Source: Tannockella kyphosi
Lineage (GTDB): Bacteria > Bacillota_I > Bacilli_A > Erysipelotrichales > Coprobacillaceae
Direction: 5' to 3'
Assembly (NCBI RefSeq): GCF_021054785.1
Contig: NZ_CP088239.1
Span: 1,440,001-1,472,000 of the forward strand
Length of the DNA: 32,000 nucleotides
Each line of letters starts with the position of its first letter. Position 1 is the first letter of the stretch. The notes beneath the pieces were generated by a model that was not told the origin of the DNA, did not search any database, and worked only from the letters and a program-made list of their open reading frames with translations. Positions 8,321 through 18,780 of the stretch are shown here, in pieces. The translations under genes and the position numbers were made by a program.

Positions 8321-8329
8321 ATTATAACA
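8321..8329 (-). promoter_or_regulatory. Candidate extended -10 promoter for the flavoprotein-mntP operon
   Basis: The minus strand reads TGtTATAAT about 24 nt upstream of the ATG at 8297. Confidence 0.4.
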
Positions 8330-8372
8330 TATTTAGTTGTTTGGATATAGACTTTTTTTACATTATCTACAC

Positions 8373-8401
8373 TTGAAAAAAATGCTGGATAAGAGTATAA
8401 T
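8373..8401 (+). promoter_or_regulatory. Candidate sigma-A promoter of the yebC-family gene
   Basis: TTGAAA (8373-8378), a 17-nt spacer, then TATAAT (8396-8401), about 35 nt upstream of the ATG. AAGGAGG RBS at 8423-8429. Confidence 0.55.
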
Positions 8402-8435
8402 TAATCAGTCATGTATTACTTAAGGAGGAAATAAA

Positions 8436-9167
8436 ATGGGTAGAGCTCATGAGGTACGTAAAGTTGCAATGGCAAAAACTGCTGCTGCAAAAACGAAAGT
8501 ATACTCACGTTATGGTAAGGAAGTATATTTAAGTGCAAAAGCTGGAGGAAGTGATCCAGATTCAAATCTTACATTACGTCGTTTAATTGAAAAAGCAAAA
8601 AAAGATCAAGTTCCTGGAGATGTTATAAAAAGAGCTATTGAAAAAGCAAATAGTGGTGCTGCAGAAAATTTTGATGAATTACAATTTGAAGGATACGGTC
8701 CAAGTGGTTCTACAATTATTGTAAAATGTTTAACTAATAATATTAACCGTACTATTTCACATGTACGTCCTGCATTCACTAAATCAAAAGCTAAATTAGG
8801 AGCAGAAGGATCTGTTTCTTATGCATATGATACTGTTAGTATTTTATCTTTTAAAGGTTTAGATGAAGAAGCTACGTTAGAAGCATTGATTATGGCTGAT
8901 GTTGATGCGAAAGAAATTGAAGCACATGAAGATGGTTCTATTGAATTAACTGGTGAACCTCAAGATTTATACAAAATGAAGGAAGCTATTGAAGAAGCTT
9001 GTCCTGAAGCTGTATTTGATGTAGAAGAAATTTCTACTTTCCCACAAGAATATGTTGAATTAGCTGGGGAAGATATGGAACTGTTTGAACGTTTAAATCG
9101 TTTATTAAATGAATGTGATGATGTTGATACTATTATCCATAATGTAAAGAACTATCAAGGAGAATAA
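8436..9167 (+). CDS. yebC: YebC/PmpR-family protein (DNA-binding regulator / translation-associated factor family)
   Basis: 243 aa. The family-typical N-terminus is present: MGRAHEVRKVAMAKTAAAKTKVYSRYGKEVYLSAKAGGSDPDSNLTLRRLIEKAKKDQVP. Confidence 0.85.
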   Translation: MGRAHEVRKVAMAKTAAAKTKVYSRYGKEVYLSAKAGGSDPDSNLTLRRLIEKAKKDQVPGDVIKRAIEKANSGAAENFDELQFEGYGPSGSTIIVKCLTNNINRTISHVRPAFTKSKAKLGAEGSVSYAYDTVSILSFKGLDEEATLEALIMADVDAKEIEAHEDGSIELTGEPQDLYKMKEAIEEACPEAVFDVEEISTFPQEYVELAGEDMELFERLNRLLNECDDVDTIIHNVKNYQGE

Positions 9168-9180
9168 TTTCTCCTTTTTT
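9157..9180 (+). terminator. Rho-independent terminator of the yebC-family gene
   Basis: Hairpin AAGGAGAA-TAAT-TTCTCCTT (9157-9176) running into a T-run. The stop codon lies in the loop. Confidence 0.6.
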
Positions 9181-9185
9181 CTTTA

Positions 9186-9214
9186 CAAAAAAAGATATTC
9201 CCAAAGGAACATCT
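9186..9214 (-). terminator. Rho-independent terminator of guaB
   Basis: Hairpin AGATATTCC-CAAA-GGAACATCT (9193-9214, one mismatch), followed on the minus strand by UUUUUU (A-run 9187-9192). Confidence 0.6.
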
Positions 9215-10725
9215 TATTTTACTGTAGAAGAATTTGTTGATTCTTTTAAAACAACATCATGTGCTCCACCTTCTACAATACTTGTAGAAGAAACTAAAGT
9301 AATTTTAGCTTTTTGTTGGAATTCAGGAATTGATAAAGAACCACAATTACACATAGTTGATTTAATTTTACTTAACGTTAAACCAACATTATCTTTTAAA
9401 CTACCAGCATAAGGTACATAAGAGTCTACTCCTTCTTCAAAAGAAAGCTTAGAATCTCCACCCATATCATAACGTTGCCAGTTACGAGCACGAGCACTAC
9501 CTTCACCCCAGTATTCTTTCATATATTGACCATTGATGCTTACTTTATTTGTTGGTGATTCATCAAATCTTGAGAAATATCTACCTAACATAATAAAATC
9601 AGATCCCATTGCAAGTGCTAAAGTCATATGATAATCATGAACAATACCACCATCACTACAAATAGGAATATAGATTCCTGTTTCTTGATAATATGTATCT
9701 CTAGCTTTTGCTACATCTACTGTAGCAGTTGCTTGTCCACGACCAATTCCTTTTTGTTCACGAGTGATACAAATAGAACCTCCACCAATACCAACTTTAA
9801 TAAAGTCAGCACCAGCATCTGCTAAGAATCTAAATCCATCTTCATCTACTACATTCCCAGCTCCGATTTTTACTGTATCTCCATAATTTTCACGAACCCA
9901 TGCAATAGTCATTTGTTGCCATTCTGTGAATCCTTCACTAGAATCAATGCATAAAACATCCACTCCAGCTTCTACTAAAGCTGGTACTCGTGTTGCATAA
10001 TCTTTTGTATTAATCCCTGCTCCAACTATATAACGTTTTGAATCATCTAATAATTGGTTTGGGTTTGATTTTCTTGTTTCATAATCTTTTCTAAATACGA
10101 AATAACATAATTTGCGATTATCATCTACTATTGGTAATGCATTTAATTTTTTATCCCAAATTAGATCATTTGCTTCTTTTAAAGAAGTACCTTCATGAGC
10201 TACTACTAATTTATCATAAGGAGTCATAAATTCAGTTACTTTTGTATTAGCATCCATTCTTGAGATACGATAATCTCTACCTGTTACAATACCTAATAAT
10301 TCTCCATTACAAGTTCCATCTTTTGTTACTGCCATTGTAGAATGACCTGTTTCTTGTTTTAATTTTAACACATCAGCTAATGTACTAGTTTCACTTAAGT
10401 TAGAATCTGATAAAACAAATCCAGCTTTATGATTTTTTACTTTTCTCACCATTTCAGATTGGCTTTCAATAGATTGAGAACCATAAATAAATGATACTCC
10501 ACCTTCTCTAGCTAAAGCAATTGCCATTGTATCATCAGATACAGCTTGCATAATTGCTGATACTAATGGGGCATTTAAAGAAATAGCAGGTTCTTCCCCT
10601 TTTTTAAATTTTACTAATGGTGTTTTTAAAGATACTGCGTTTGGTTGACATTCTTTCGAAGAATATCCTGGAACCAATAAATATTCGTTAAATGTACGTG
10701 ATGGTTCTTCAAAAAAGTAGGCCAT
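9214..10725 (-). CDS. guaB: IMP dehydrogenase
   Basis: 503 aa TIM-barrel enzyme with an inserted CBS pair. Motifs include [12 protein letters not shown], the catalytic-loop [23 protein letters not shown] and [11 protein letters not shown]. Confidence 0.9.
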   Translation of the reverse strand: MAYFFEEPSRTFNEYLLVPGYSSKECQPNAVSLKTPLVKFKKGEEPAISLNAPLVSAIMQAVSDDTMAIALAREGGVSFIYGSQSIESQSEMVRKVKNHKAGFVLSDSNLSETSTLADVLKLKQETGHSTMAVTKDGTCNGELLGIVTGRDYRISRMDANTKVTEFMTPYDKLVVAHEGTSLKEANDLIWDKKLNALPIVDDNRKLCYFVFRKDYETRKSNPNQLLDDSKRYIVGAGINTKDYATRVPALVEAGVDVLCIDSSEGFTEWQQMTIAWVRENYGDTVKIGAGNVVDEDGFRFLADAGADFIKVGIGGGSICITREQKGIGRGQATATVDVAKARDTYYQETGIYIPICSDGGIVHDYHMTLALAMGSDFIMLGRYFSRFDESPTNKVSINGQYMKEYWGEGSARARNWQRYDMGGDSKLSFEEGVDSYVPYAGSLKDNVGLTLSKIKSTMCNCGSLSIPEFQQKAKITLVSSTSIVEGGAHDVVLKESTNSSTVK

Positions 10726-10765
10726 ATTTTTCTCCTTTATTTTTACGATTTCATTATTTTTGTAA

Positions 10766-10794
10766 ATTATAATTATCTATTATCATTTAGTCAA
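10766..10794 (-). promoter_or_regulatory. Candidate sigma-A promoter of guaB
   Basis: The minus strand reads TTGACT (complement of 10789-10794), a 17-nt spacer, then TATAAT (complement of 10766-10771). The -35 lies within the last codons of the upstream gene. The leader is about 35 nt, too short for a purine riboswitch. Confidence 0.55.
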
Positions 10795-11124
10795 GTCATT
10801 ATCTAATAATTGTCCATTTATTTGTACATTTATATTTTGCAACAGATAATCTACTTCTTCTTTTAAGTATAAATAGTTAACAAGTAAAGGATGATGATTA
10901 AATTCATCCATTGTTTGTTTATATTCTTCAATGATACGTGTTGCATTATCATCTTTTCTTGCTTTCAGATTAACAATAGCTTTTTGATATGCTTTTATTT
11001 TAGATTCTAAGGCTATTAGTTCTTGATTGTTATTGATGGAAGATTGGTATTCTTGAAAAGCTTTGATTGTAGGATTGTCTAATAACTCTTGGTTTAATAG
11101 AGCTGCTAATTCTAAGCTACTCAA
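10783..11124 (-). CDS. YlbF/YmcA (RicA)-family protein
   Basis: 113 aa, helical, acidic. It lies directly downstream of miaB and overlaps it by 8 nt, mirroring the B. subtilis ymcB(miaB)-ymcA arrangement. TTG start with AGGAG 6 nt upstream. The family call rests mainly on context and composition. Confidence 0.55.
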   Translation of the reverse strand: MSSLELAALLNQELLDNPTIKAFQEYQSSINNNQELIALESKIKAYQKAIVNLKARKDDNATRIIEEYKQTMDEFNHHPLLVNYLYLKEEVDYLLQNINVQINGQLLDNDLTK

Positions 11125-12559
11125 CTGCTTCTCCTTTTAATGCCCAAGTGTTTGCTTCTGTAATTTTAACTTTTACAATTGTTCCAATACTATCCATATT
11201 TCCTTTAAAGTTTACAAGCTTTTGATGAGCAGTATATCCAGTTAACATCGTATCATCTTTTTTGGAAGTACCTTCCACTAATACTTCTACTGTTTCATTT
11301 AAGAAACGTCTGTTTTGTTTTGATGCACACTCATTTACTAAATCATTTAATTTATATAAACGTTGTTCTTTATCTTCTAAAGCAACATTATCAATCATTT
11401 TAGCTGCCGGTGTTCCTTCACGAGGTGAGTAAATGAAAGTATATGCAAGATCATAACAGCATTCTTGATATAATGATAAAGTATCTTCATATTGTTCTTG
11501 AGTTTCATTTGGGAACCCTACAATAATATCCGTTGTTACTGTTGCGCTTGGGATATATGTTTTAATATGATGAAACAATTCTAAATAACGTTCTCTAGTA
11601 TATCCTCGACCCATTAATTTTAATACATCATTATTACCTGATTGAACTGGTAAATGAATAGCTGGCATGATATTTTCATGACTAGCAATTACTTTTACCA
11701 TGGATTCATTAAAGTCTCTTGGGTGGCTAGTAGTAAAACGGATTCTAGGTATTTTGGTAGCAGCAATATCTTCTAATAACTCACCAAATCCATAGTTACC
11801 TTCCAGATCTTTGCCATAACTATTTACATTTTGTCCTAATAACGTAATTTCTTTATAACCATCTTTTACTAATTGTTCTACTTCTTTTACAATATCTTTT
11901 GGTAATCTTGAACGTTCTTTTCCTCTTGTATATGGAACAATACAATAAGTACAGAACTTATCACAACCATACATAATATTTACCCATGCTTTATAATGAT
12001 TTGCTCGAGTAACAGGAGTGTTTTCAATAACATCTCCTTCTTTTGACCATACTTCTATCACTTTTTCTCTATCGAACATTGCTTGTTCCATGATTTCAGG
12101 TAAGCGATGAATATTATGGGTACCAAAAATAATATCAATATGTGGATGTTTTGCTAAAATACGCTGTATTACTACTTCTTCTTGTGCCATACAACCACAA
12201 ATACCAAATAATAAATCAGGATTTGTTTTCTTTAGGTTTTTTACATAACCCACTTTTCCAAATACCTTTTCTTCTGCATTTTCACGAATAGCACAAGTAT
12301 TTAATAATATAAAGTCTGCTTGTTTAATATCTTTAGTAGGTTTGTATTGCATCATTTCTAAAATACCAGCCAATGTTTCCGTATCTCTTTCATTAGCTTG
12401 GCATCCATAGGTTTGGATAAAATAATACTTATGGTTTCCAACATTTTCCATACTGCTAGGTATAGAAAAAGCATCATCATATCGATGTATTTCTTCTTTG
12501 TTTCTTTTTTTAGCTTCATTTAATGAAGGTTTATTAAAATATTTACTATAGTCTTTCAT
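11117..12559 (-). CDS. miaB: tRNA (N6-isopentenyl-adenosine37-C2)-methylthiotransferase
   Basis: 480 aa. It has N-terminal UPF0004 cysteines (YGCQANE...NTCAIRE...GCMAQ), the radical-SAM CDKFCTYC motif and a C-terminal TRAM domain. Confidence 0.9.
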   Translation of the reverse strand: MKDYSKYFNKPSLNEAKKRNKEEIHRYDDAFSIPSSMENVGNHKYYFIQTYGCQANERDTETLAGILEMMQYKPTKDIKQADFILLNTCAIRENAEEKVFGKVGYVKNLKKTNPDLLFGICGCMAQEEVVIQRILAKHPHIDIIFGTHNIHRLPEIMEQAMFDREKVIEVWSKEGDVIENTPVTRANHYKAWVNIMYGCDKFCTYCIVPYTRGKERSRLPKDIVKEVEQLVKDGYKEITLLGQNVNSYGKDLEGNYGFGELLEDIAATKIPRIRFTTSHPRDFNESMVKVIASHENIMPAIHLPVQSGNNDVLKLMGRGYTRERYLELFHHIKTYIPSATVTTDIIVGFPNETQEQYEDTLSLYQECCYDLAYTFIYSPREGTPAAKMIDNVALEDKEQRLYKLNDLVNECASKQNRRFLNETVEVLVEGTSKKDDTMLTGYTAHQKLVNFKGNMDSIGTIVKVKITEANTWALKGEAVE

Positions 12560-12590
12560 ATCTTGTTTCCTTTTATTTTATTATAAAGTT

Positions 12591-12615
12591 AAAAAAATAA
12601 GGACAATGTCCTTAT
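12591..12615 (-). terminator. Rho-independent terminator after the small orphan ORF
   Basis: Hairpin ATAAGGAC-AAT-GTCCTTAT (12597-12615), followed on the minus strand by a U-run (A-run 12591-12596). Confidence 0.55.
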
Positions 12616-12616
12616 T

Positions 12617-12853
12617 TTAATAAGCTCCCTCTGGTGCGATAGAAAAGTAAAGAACTCCACCTTCAGGTGTTTTCTTAAATAAAGATTTACAGTGGTTAGC
12701 CGCATCTCCTGCACTTAGTTCAGTTTCACAATCCATATAAGCACGGATTCCTGCAATTTTATCTAACTTAACTTTCACTTTATCATCTTCATATCCATCG
12801 AAGAAATCTACTAATTTTTTTACTTGAGCAGTGCTCATCATTAATTTCACCAT
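12617..12853 (-). CDS. Small hypothetical protein (78 aa), family not recognised
   Basis: ATG (complement of 12851-12853) preceded by AGGAGG 8 nt upstream, with its own downstream terminator. Sequence: MVKLMMSTAQVKKLVDFFDGYEDDKVKVKLDKIAGIRAYMDCETELSAGDAANHCKSLFKKTPEGGVLYFSIAPEGAY. The tracked ORF starts 18 nt upstream at a TTG that contains the RBS. Confidence 0.5.
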   Translation of the reverse strand: MVKLMMSTAQVKKLVDFFDGYEDDKVKVKLDKIAGIRAYMDCETELSAGDAANHCKSLFKKTPEGGVLYFSIAPEGAY

Positions 12854-12923
12854 TTTAAAATCCTCCTTCAATAAGTCTACATAATTATACCTTATTTAAA
12901 AAGAAAAAGAAATCCTTTTTTTA

Positions 12924-13184
12924 CTACAGAATAACGATTTTTAATCGTATAGCCGTCACAATCTTATCCTCTATTACTAAATCATGAAAAGCTGGTACAC
13001 AGGCTATTTCTATCCCTGTTGAAACCACATATCCTCTTGCAATAGCAATTGCCTTTATTGCCTGATTTAAAGCAGCTGCTCCAATCACTTGAATACTAAT
13101 TTCTTCTTTACTACGAATCATACTAGATAATGCTCCAGCAACACTAGTTGGTGATGACGATGATGATACTTTCATTATTTCCAT
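12924..13184 (-). CDS. spoVS: Stage V sporulation protein S
   Basis: 86 aa from MEIMKVSSSSSPTSVAGALSSMIR...IQVIGAAALNQAIKAIAIARGYV...CVPAFHDL, colinear with B. subtilis SpoVS (MEILKVSAKSSPNSVAGALAG...IGAGALNQAVKAVAIARGF..., from memory). AGGAGG RBS. The tracked ORF has a 6-codon upstream extension. Confidence 0.9.
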   Translation of the reverse strand: MEIMKVSSSSSPTSVAGALSSMIRSKEEISIQVIGAAALNQAIKAIAIARGYVVSTGIEIACVPAFHDLVIEDKIVTAIRLKIVIL

Positions 13185-13230
13185 AAATAATCCTCCTATC
13201 ATAAACTATGATTGGAGGACTATTTTATAC

Positions 13231-15324
13231 CTATCTTTTTTTCTTGAATAATTTTTTAATCGCTATTTTTAAGGATGGATTTGTATGGCTTTGTTTAATT
13301 GCAATTTGTTCAAATATTAATTGACTATCGTATTCCTTTTGGATCTTGTTTTTAGAATATGTTTTATCATCTCCTAAAACCCAAGCCTTACGGTTATCAC
13401 TTACTATTGTTTCTACGATATTCCATAGTTGTTTTTGAATATTTTTATCTAATATTGGACAAGCAATCTCAACACGTTTACGTAAGTTACGAGACATAAT
13501 ATCAGCACTACTAATGTACATTTGCATATTAGCTTCTGCACCAAAAATATAAATACGATGATGTTCTAAATATTTACCAATAATAGAACGGATTTGAATA
13601 TTTTCAGTATGTCCTTTGATACCAGGAACAATGCAACAAACACCTCTTACAATTAGTGTGATATTGACACCTGCATTACTAGCTTCTTCTAACTTTTCAA
13701 TAATGGAAACATCTGTTAAACCATTGACTTTCATAATAATACGTGCTTCTTTTCCTTCATTCGCTATCTCTATTTGTTCATCTATTTTTAATAAAATTGT
13801 TTCACGTAATCCAGTCGGTGCTACTAATAGGTGGGTGTATTGTCCTGCAATATTAGATACTAATAAGTTTTTAAAAAACATATCACCATCTATCCCTATT
13901 TCTTGGTTTGCTGTTATCAAAGATAAGTCAGTATATAGTTTTGCAGTTTTTTCATTATAATTTCCGGTACCAATTTGTGTAATAAATGATATTTTATCTT
14001 TATGTTGGTAAGTAATTAAACATATTTTAGAATGTACTTTGTAATCTTCTAATCCATAAAATATTTTACATCCAGCATCTTCCAATTCTCTAGAAAAATC
14101 AATATTATTTTGTTCATCAAAACGAGCACGTAATTCCATTACTACAATAACATCTTTTCCATTGTTTGCTGCAGTACATAAATGCTCTACAATCTTTGCA
14201 TCATTCGCTAGTCGATAAATAGTCATTTTAATTGATATCACACTCTTATCATTAGCAGCTTCTTCGATTAAGGATACAAAAGGATCCATGCTTTCATAAG
14301 GATAATGTAATAATACATCTTTTTGACGAACATATCGTGTTAAACTACGCACCCCTTGTAGTTCACTAGATACTTGTGGTTGATAAGCCAAATAACAAAA
14401 CTTTTCTTTTTGATTTTTTGTAAATTTAGTCGGTAAATCAAAAACATAAGACATATCTAATGGTGTCTTTACAAAGAAAGTTTGTCTAGAAGAAATAGAT
14501 AACTGTTTTTGCATAAATTCAACAACTGAACTAGATTTACTAGCCGATACTTCCAAACGAACTGGCATCAAGTTATTTCTTTTCTTCAATAATTTTTTCA
14601 TACTATCACGATAATCTATCTCTTCAAAATAATCATAATCATAATGAATATCAGCGTTACGAGTAATTCTGATAATAGCCTTATCTTCTATCGAATAGCC
14701 TGGGAATAATTCACTAGCCATTTCATAAACTATATGTTCGACAAATAAACATTTGAAACCACTCCTTAAAAAGATTAGTCTTTTGGCACGAGCAGGAATT
14801 GGAATTAAACCAAAATGTTTCTTATCTCCTTTTTTTAGTTCTAATATGATATTGATTGTTTTATTTGGAAAGTGTGGTAATGGGTGTGATAAGTCTATAA
14901 TTTGAGGTGATAGTAATGGTAAAATAGAATGATAAAAATAATCTTTAATATATGTTTTTTCTGATTTAATTAAATGTTTATAGGAACTAAAAGCTACTCC
15001 TTCCATAAAGAATTGTTCTCTTAGATTTCGATAGATTTTATCTCTTTTTTTATAAAGATCTTCACTTTTTTTATAAATAGCATCTAATTGTTGTTTTGGT
15101 GTCCATCCCGTTTTATTATCTATAATTGACTCACGTAAATCCATAGAATGCGCTAAACCACCAACACGAATCATATAAAATTCATCAAGATTACTCCCAA
15201 ATATAGAAATAAACTTTAATCTTTCAAACAAGGGAACACTTTCATCACTTGCTTCATCTAATACTCTTTCATTAAACTTTAACCATGATAATTCTCTATT
15301 TTGACTATATTCGTAACTTTCCAT
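13231..15324 (-). CDS. ppk: Polyphosphate kinase 1
   Basis: 697 aa. The N-terminal NRELSWLKFNERVLDEA is the PPK1 signature, and the size and domain order fit PPK1. The ATG directly abuts the ppx stop codon. Confidence 0.9.
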   Translation of the reverse strand: MESYEYSQNRELSWLKFNERVLDEASDESVPLFERLKFISIFGSNLDEFYMIRVGGLAHSMDLRESIIDNKTGWTPKQQLDAIYKKSEDLYKKRDKIYRNLREQFFMEGVAFSSYKHLIKSEKTYIKDYFYHSILPLLSPQIIDLSHPLPHFPNKTINIILELKKGDKKHFGLIPIPARAKRLIFLRSGFKCLFVEHIVYEMASELFPGYSIEDKAIIRITRNADIHYDYDYFEEIDYRDSMKKLLKKRNNLMPVRLEVSASKSSSVVEFMQKQLSISSRQTFFVKTPLDMSYVFDLPTKFTKNQKEKFCYLAYQPQVSSELQGVRSLTRYVRQKDVLLHYPYESMDPFVSLIEEAANDKSVISIKMTIYRLANDAKIVEHLCTAANNGKDVIVVMELRARFDEQNNIDFSRELEDAGCKIFYGLEDYKVHSKICLITYQHKDKISFITQIGTGNYNEKTAKLYTDLSLITANQEIGIDGDMFFKNLLVSNIAGQYTHLLVAPTGLRETILLKIDEQIEIANEGKEARIIMKVNGLTDVSIIEKLEEASNAGVNITLIVRGVCCIVPGIKGHTENIQIRSIIGKYLEHHRIYIFGAEANMQMYISSADIMSRNLRKRVEIACPILDKNIQKQLWNIVETIVSDNRKAWVLGDDKTYSKNKIQKEYDSQLIFEQIAIKQSHTNPSLKIAIKKLFKKKR

Positions 15325-16224
15325 TTACTTGACCACCTTTTCATAAAAATAACCTTCACGAACACCATATTTACTAACCACAATCTCATCACATTTAAAA
15401 TACTTTACAATTGTTTTAAAGATTAACATCCCTACTAAAATAGTTTTACAACGTTCAGGAACAATATCCAATAATTTATGTAATGTTTTTTTAGAAGAAC
15501 TGCTCAAAACTTGATACATATCTTTCATCTTTTGATAATTCATTTGATGGTTTCCATTTGATAAACCATAACAATCATTATATAGTTTACTAGTAGCACG
15601 AATAGAACCACCAACACCACAAACAATAGGATATTTTGATAAATCATCCTTATTAAAATGTTTCTCTAATTTTTCTAATACTTCTTTTTTTATTTGTTTT
15701 GATTCTTTTTTTGTTGGTAAAATATCTTTTACATACTTGGTATACATATTCAATGAACCAATTGGCATAGAAATAGCCTTTTCTATTTTACCTTCATTAA
15801 ATAAAACTATTTCAGTAGAACCTCCACCAATATCTACTAAAACTCCTGTTTGATGAAAAACATTTTTAGAAGCACCGATAAACTCTAAGCTAGCCTCTTG
15901 ACTAGAAGAAATAATCGTAACATCTAAGTCTGTTCTTTCTTTTATTATAGCGATTACATCCTCACTATTCAATATATTCCTTAAAGATGCAGTTGCAAAA
16001 GCATGGACATCTTGAATATCAAAGTTATCTATTATTTCTTTATAAACACGTAACACTTCACAAGCACGATTTATTCCTTGTTCCATCATTTGTTTATCTT
16101 TTACATATTTTATCAAACCAACCATTTCTTTTTTTGTTACTAAAATAGTCATTTCATTGTTAACATATTTATATATACTCATACGAATCGTATTCGATCC
16201 AATATCAATTACTGCACTTATCAT
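15325..16224 (-). CDS. ppx: Exopolyphosphatase (Ppx/GppA family)
   Basis: It has the ASKHA-fold motifs VIDIGSNTIRM and VDIGGGSTE. The start is placed at MISAVIDIG (complement of 16222-16224), preceded by AGGAGG. Confidence 0.85.
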   Translation of the reverse strand: MISAVIDIGSNTIRMSIYKYVNNEMTILVTKKEMVGLIKYVKDKQMMEQGINRACEVLRVYKEIIDNFDIQDVHAFATASLRNILNSEDVIAIIKERTDLDVTIISSSQEASLEFIGASKNVFHQTGVLVDIGGGSTEIVLFNEGKIEKAISMPIGSLNMYTKYVKDILPTKKESKQIKKEVLEKLEKHFNKDDLSKYPIVCGVGGSIRATSKLYNDCYGLSNGNHQMNYQKMKDMYQVLSSSSKKTLHKLLDIVPERCKTILVGMLIFKTIVKYFKCDEIVVSKYGVREGYFYEKVVK

Positions 16225-16306
16225 CCTACTACCTCCTAATCTTAGCAATCATACGCTTTTTTACTTTCCATAACACGCATCACTTCGTAAACTTTATGTT
16301 AAGATT

Positions 16307-16342
16307 AATAAAAGAAGACCATTCTTAAAAAGAGTGGTCTTC
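16307..16342 (-). terminator. Putative terminator after ymdB
   Basis: GAAGACCA (16314-16321) pairs with TGGTCTTC (16335-16342), extendable by 3 more pairs. It is followed on the minus strand by UUUUAUU. The 3' arm lies in the last ymdB codons. Confidence 0.45.
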
Positions 16343-17098
16343 GTTAATCATAATTCTTTCTATATCTACTACTTTGTTGTCTTCAAAAGTTAAAACAACT
16401 GCACATAATTGTCCGCTACTTTCTGCAATTATAAAAGGAGCATGAAATCCTTTCATACGTGTAATAACACTATCAATATCACATCCTATTGCTGAACGAT
16501 AAGGACCTGTCATTCCTACATCACTAATAAAGGCACATTTTCCATCAATAATCTTTTCATCTGCAGTTTGGACATGAGTATGAGTCCCTAATACTGCTTG
16601 TACTTTATCTTTAACATAGTGAGCAAATACTACCTTTTCACTTGTCGCTTCTCCATGATAATCAATAATATGAATATCATGTTCTAAATCTAAATAATCA
16701 TCGATCATTTCAAAAGGACTACCATTACGTGTATCCATAAAAGCACTACCTAATACACTAGTAATACGAATTTTTTTACCTAAACAATCAAACACTCTTG
16801 ATTTTGTACCAGGCAGGGCACGAGGTTGATTCATGGGAACAATCAAACGATTTGCTTCATCGATATAATCAAAAATTTCTTTTTTATCAAAAGTATGGTT
16901 TCCCATTGTCATAGCTTGAACACCTTGAAAAACAAAGAATTCATAATGTTTCTTTAAAAGCCCTTTTCCATGACTTGCATTTTCCACATTTGCAATAACA
17001 AAATCAATTTGATACTGTTGTTTTATACGATATAAATAATCTTCTACCATGTCTCTACCAATAGAAGACATTACATCACCTATAAATAATATTTTCAT
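16325..17098 (-). CDS. ymdB: TIGR00282-family metallophosphoesterase (YmdB, 2',3'-cyclic-nucleotide phosphodiesterase)
   Basis: 257 aa with MKILFIGDV..., NVENASHGKG, MGNHTF and GTHTHVQTAD metallophosphoesterase motifs. It is directly downstream of rny, as in B. subtilis. Confidence 0.85.
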   Translation of the reverse strand: MKILFIGDVMSSIGRDMVEDYLYRIKQQYQIDFVIANVENASHGKGLLKKHYEFFVFQGVQAMTMGNHTFDKKEIFDYIDEANRLIVPMNQPRALPGTKSRVFDCLGKKIRITSVLGSAFMDTRNGSPFEMIDDYLDLEHDIHIIDYHGEATSEKVVFAHYVKDKVQAVLGTHTHVQTADEKIIDGKCAFISDVGMTGPYRSAIGCDIDSVITRMKGFHAPFIIAESSGQLCAVVLTFEDNKVVDIERIMINEDHSF

Positions 17099-17110
17099 TT
17101 TTATCTCCTT

Positions 17111-17137
17111 AAAAAAAAGATAGGTACTAACCTATCT
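17111..17137 (-). terminator. Terminator/attenuator hairpin between rny and ymdB
   Basis: Hairpin AGATAGGT-ACTA-ACCTATCT (17118-17137), followed on the minus strand by a 7-U run (A-run 17111-17117). It overlaps the rny stop. Confidence 0.55.
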
Positions 17138-18693
17138 TATTTTGCGATTTCGCTAGCACGAACTTCACGAATAACTGTTACCTTGATATTTCCAGGATAT
17201 GTTAATTCGGCTTCGATTTTATCTTTTATTTCTCTTGCAATTTGATGAGAACGAACATCATCAATCTTATCAGGTTTTACAACAATACGTATTTCTCTAC
17301 CCGCTTGAATAGCAAATACTTTATCAACACCATCAAATGATTTTGCAATTTCTTCTAATTTTTCTAAACGTTGAATATAGTTTTCAATCGTTTCGCTACG
17401 ACTTCCTGGTCTTGCAGCAGATAAAGTATCTGCAGCAGCAACTAAGATAGAAATAACACTTGTTGCAGGAACATCACCATGATGCGATTCAATAGCGTTA
17501 ATAACTGTCGCATTTTCACCATGTTTCTTAGCATACTTAGCACCAAGTTCCACATGACTACCTTCTTTTTCACGGTCCATTGCTTTTCCGATGTCATGCA
17601 ATAAACCAGCTCTTCTAGCTAATTGTTGATTTAACCCCAATTCAGCAGCCATAAATCCTGCTAAATGTCCAACTTCCAAAGAATGTTGTAATGCATTTTG
17701 ACCATAACTAGTACGATATTTTAACTTACCTAAATGTTTGATAATTCCACTATCTAGTCGAGAAATACCTAATTCAAATGCAGCATCTTCTCCTGTTTTA
17801 CGAATTACTTCATCTAATTCAGCTCTTGTTTTTGTAACTACTTCTTCAATTCTACCTGGTTGAATTCTTCCATCACGAATTAATGTTTCTAATGAAATAC
17901 GAGCAACCTCACGACGAATTGGATCAAAACATGAAAGTGTAATTGCTTCTGGTGTATCATCAATAATTAAATCAACACCTGTTGCTTGTTCGATTGCTTT
18001 AATATTACGTCCTTCACGACCAATAATACGACCTTTCATTTCTTCACTAGGAAGAGCTACAACACTAACTGTTCTTTCTACTGTTTCTTCTTGAGCATAT
18101 CGATTTATCGCATTTGCGATAATATCTCTGGCAAGCATAGTAGCTTTTGATTTCGCTTCATCTTCTTGTTCTTTAATATACCCTGTCATTTCAGCAGCAA
18201 TTTGTTGTTCTACTTGTTTGAATAATTCTTCTTTTGCTTCTTTTGCTGACATAGCAGCAATTTTTTCTAATTCCCCTACTTTTGCATCAATTTTTTCTTG
18301 TAACTGCGTCTCTAATTTTCCTAAATTTTTCTCTTTTTCTTCTAACTGTTTTACTTTTTGCGCGATATTTTCTTCTTTCCCTTGTACTGCAATGTCACGA
18401 CGATCAATTAATTTTTCACGTTGTGATAGTGCATTTTCTAATTCATTAATTTCATTTTTATGAACTTTTAATTGTTTTTCTGATTCTAATTTAAATTCAT
18501 ATGCATGAGTTTTCGCGTCTAAAATTGCTTCTTTAATGATTGTATCTGCTTTTGCATTTGCATCTTCAATGATTCCTTCAGCACTTACTTTTGCTTTTCT
18601 AATTTTTAGTTTAGTTAAACCTAAGTATAGTAAAAAACCGGCAGCTATTGCTAAGATATAGGTAAATATAGAGATAATATCAAAACTTTCCAT
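17137..18693 (-). CDS. rny: Ribonuclease Y
   Basis: 518 aa. It has an N-terminal membrane anchor, a long coiled-coil, a KH domain ([15 protein letters not shown]) and an HD domain (HSLEV...LLHDIGKA). Confidence 0.9.
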   Translation of the reverse strand: MESFDIISIFTYILAIAAGFLLYLGLTKLKIRKAKVSAEGIIEDANAKADTIIKEAILDAKTHAYEFKLESEKQLKVHKNEINELENALSQREKLIDRRDIAVQGKEENIAQKVKQLEEKEKNLGKLETQLQEKIDAKVGELEKIAAMSAKEAKEELFKQVEQQIAAEMTGYIKEQEDEAKSKATMLARDIIANAINRYAQEETVERTVSVVALPSEEMKGRIIGREGRNIKAIEQATGVDLIIDDTPEAITLSCFDPIRREVARISLETLIRDGRIQPGRIEEVVTKTRAELDEVIRKTGEDAAFELGISRLDSGIIKHLGKLKYRTSYGQNALQHSLEVGHLAGFMAAELGLNQQLARRAGLLHDIGKAMDREKEGSHVELGAKYAKKHGENATVINAIESHHGDVPATSVISILVAAADTLSAARPGSRSETIENYIQRLEKLEEIAKSFDGVDKVFAIQAGREIRIVVKPDKIDDVRSHQIAREIKDKIEAELTYPGNIKVTVIREVRASEIAK

Positions 18694-18751
18694 TTTGTAC
18701 CCTCCATAATTTTTTAAGTATCCTTATTTGTACTAAAAACTGTACAAGATT

Positions 18752-18780
18752 ATTGTATAATAATTCTTCTTCATTTACAA
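18752..18780 (-). promoter_or_regulatory. Candidate sigma-A promoter of rny
   Basis: The minus strand reads TTGTAA (complement of 18775-18780), a 17-nt spacer, then TACAAT (complement of 18752-18757). The predicted leader starts with the hairpin TTGTAC-N8-GTACAA (18729-18748). Confidence 0.35.

Noticed and set aside
2588-18463. Antisense ORFs nested in well-supported genes (2588-2791, 5928-6128, 7403-7639, 9628-9825, 13616-13960, 18218-18463)
   Set aside because: Each is fully contained on the opposite strand of a longer CDS with clear family motifs. Their low-complexity Ser/Phe/Ile-rich translations are typical of antisense frames in AT-rich genes.
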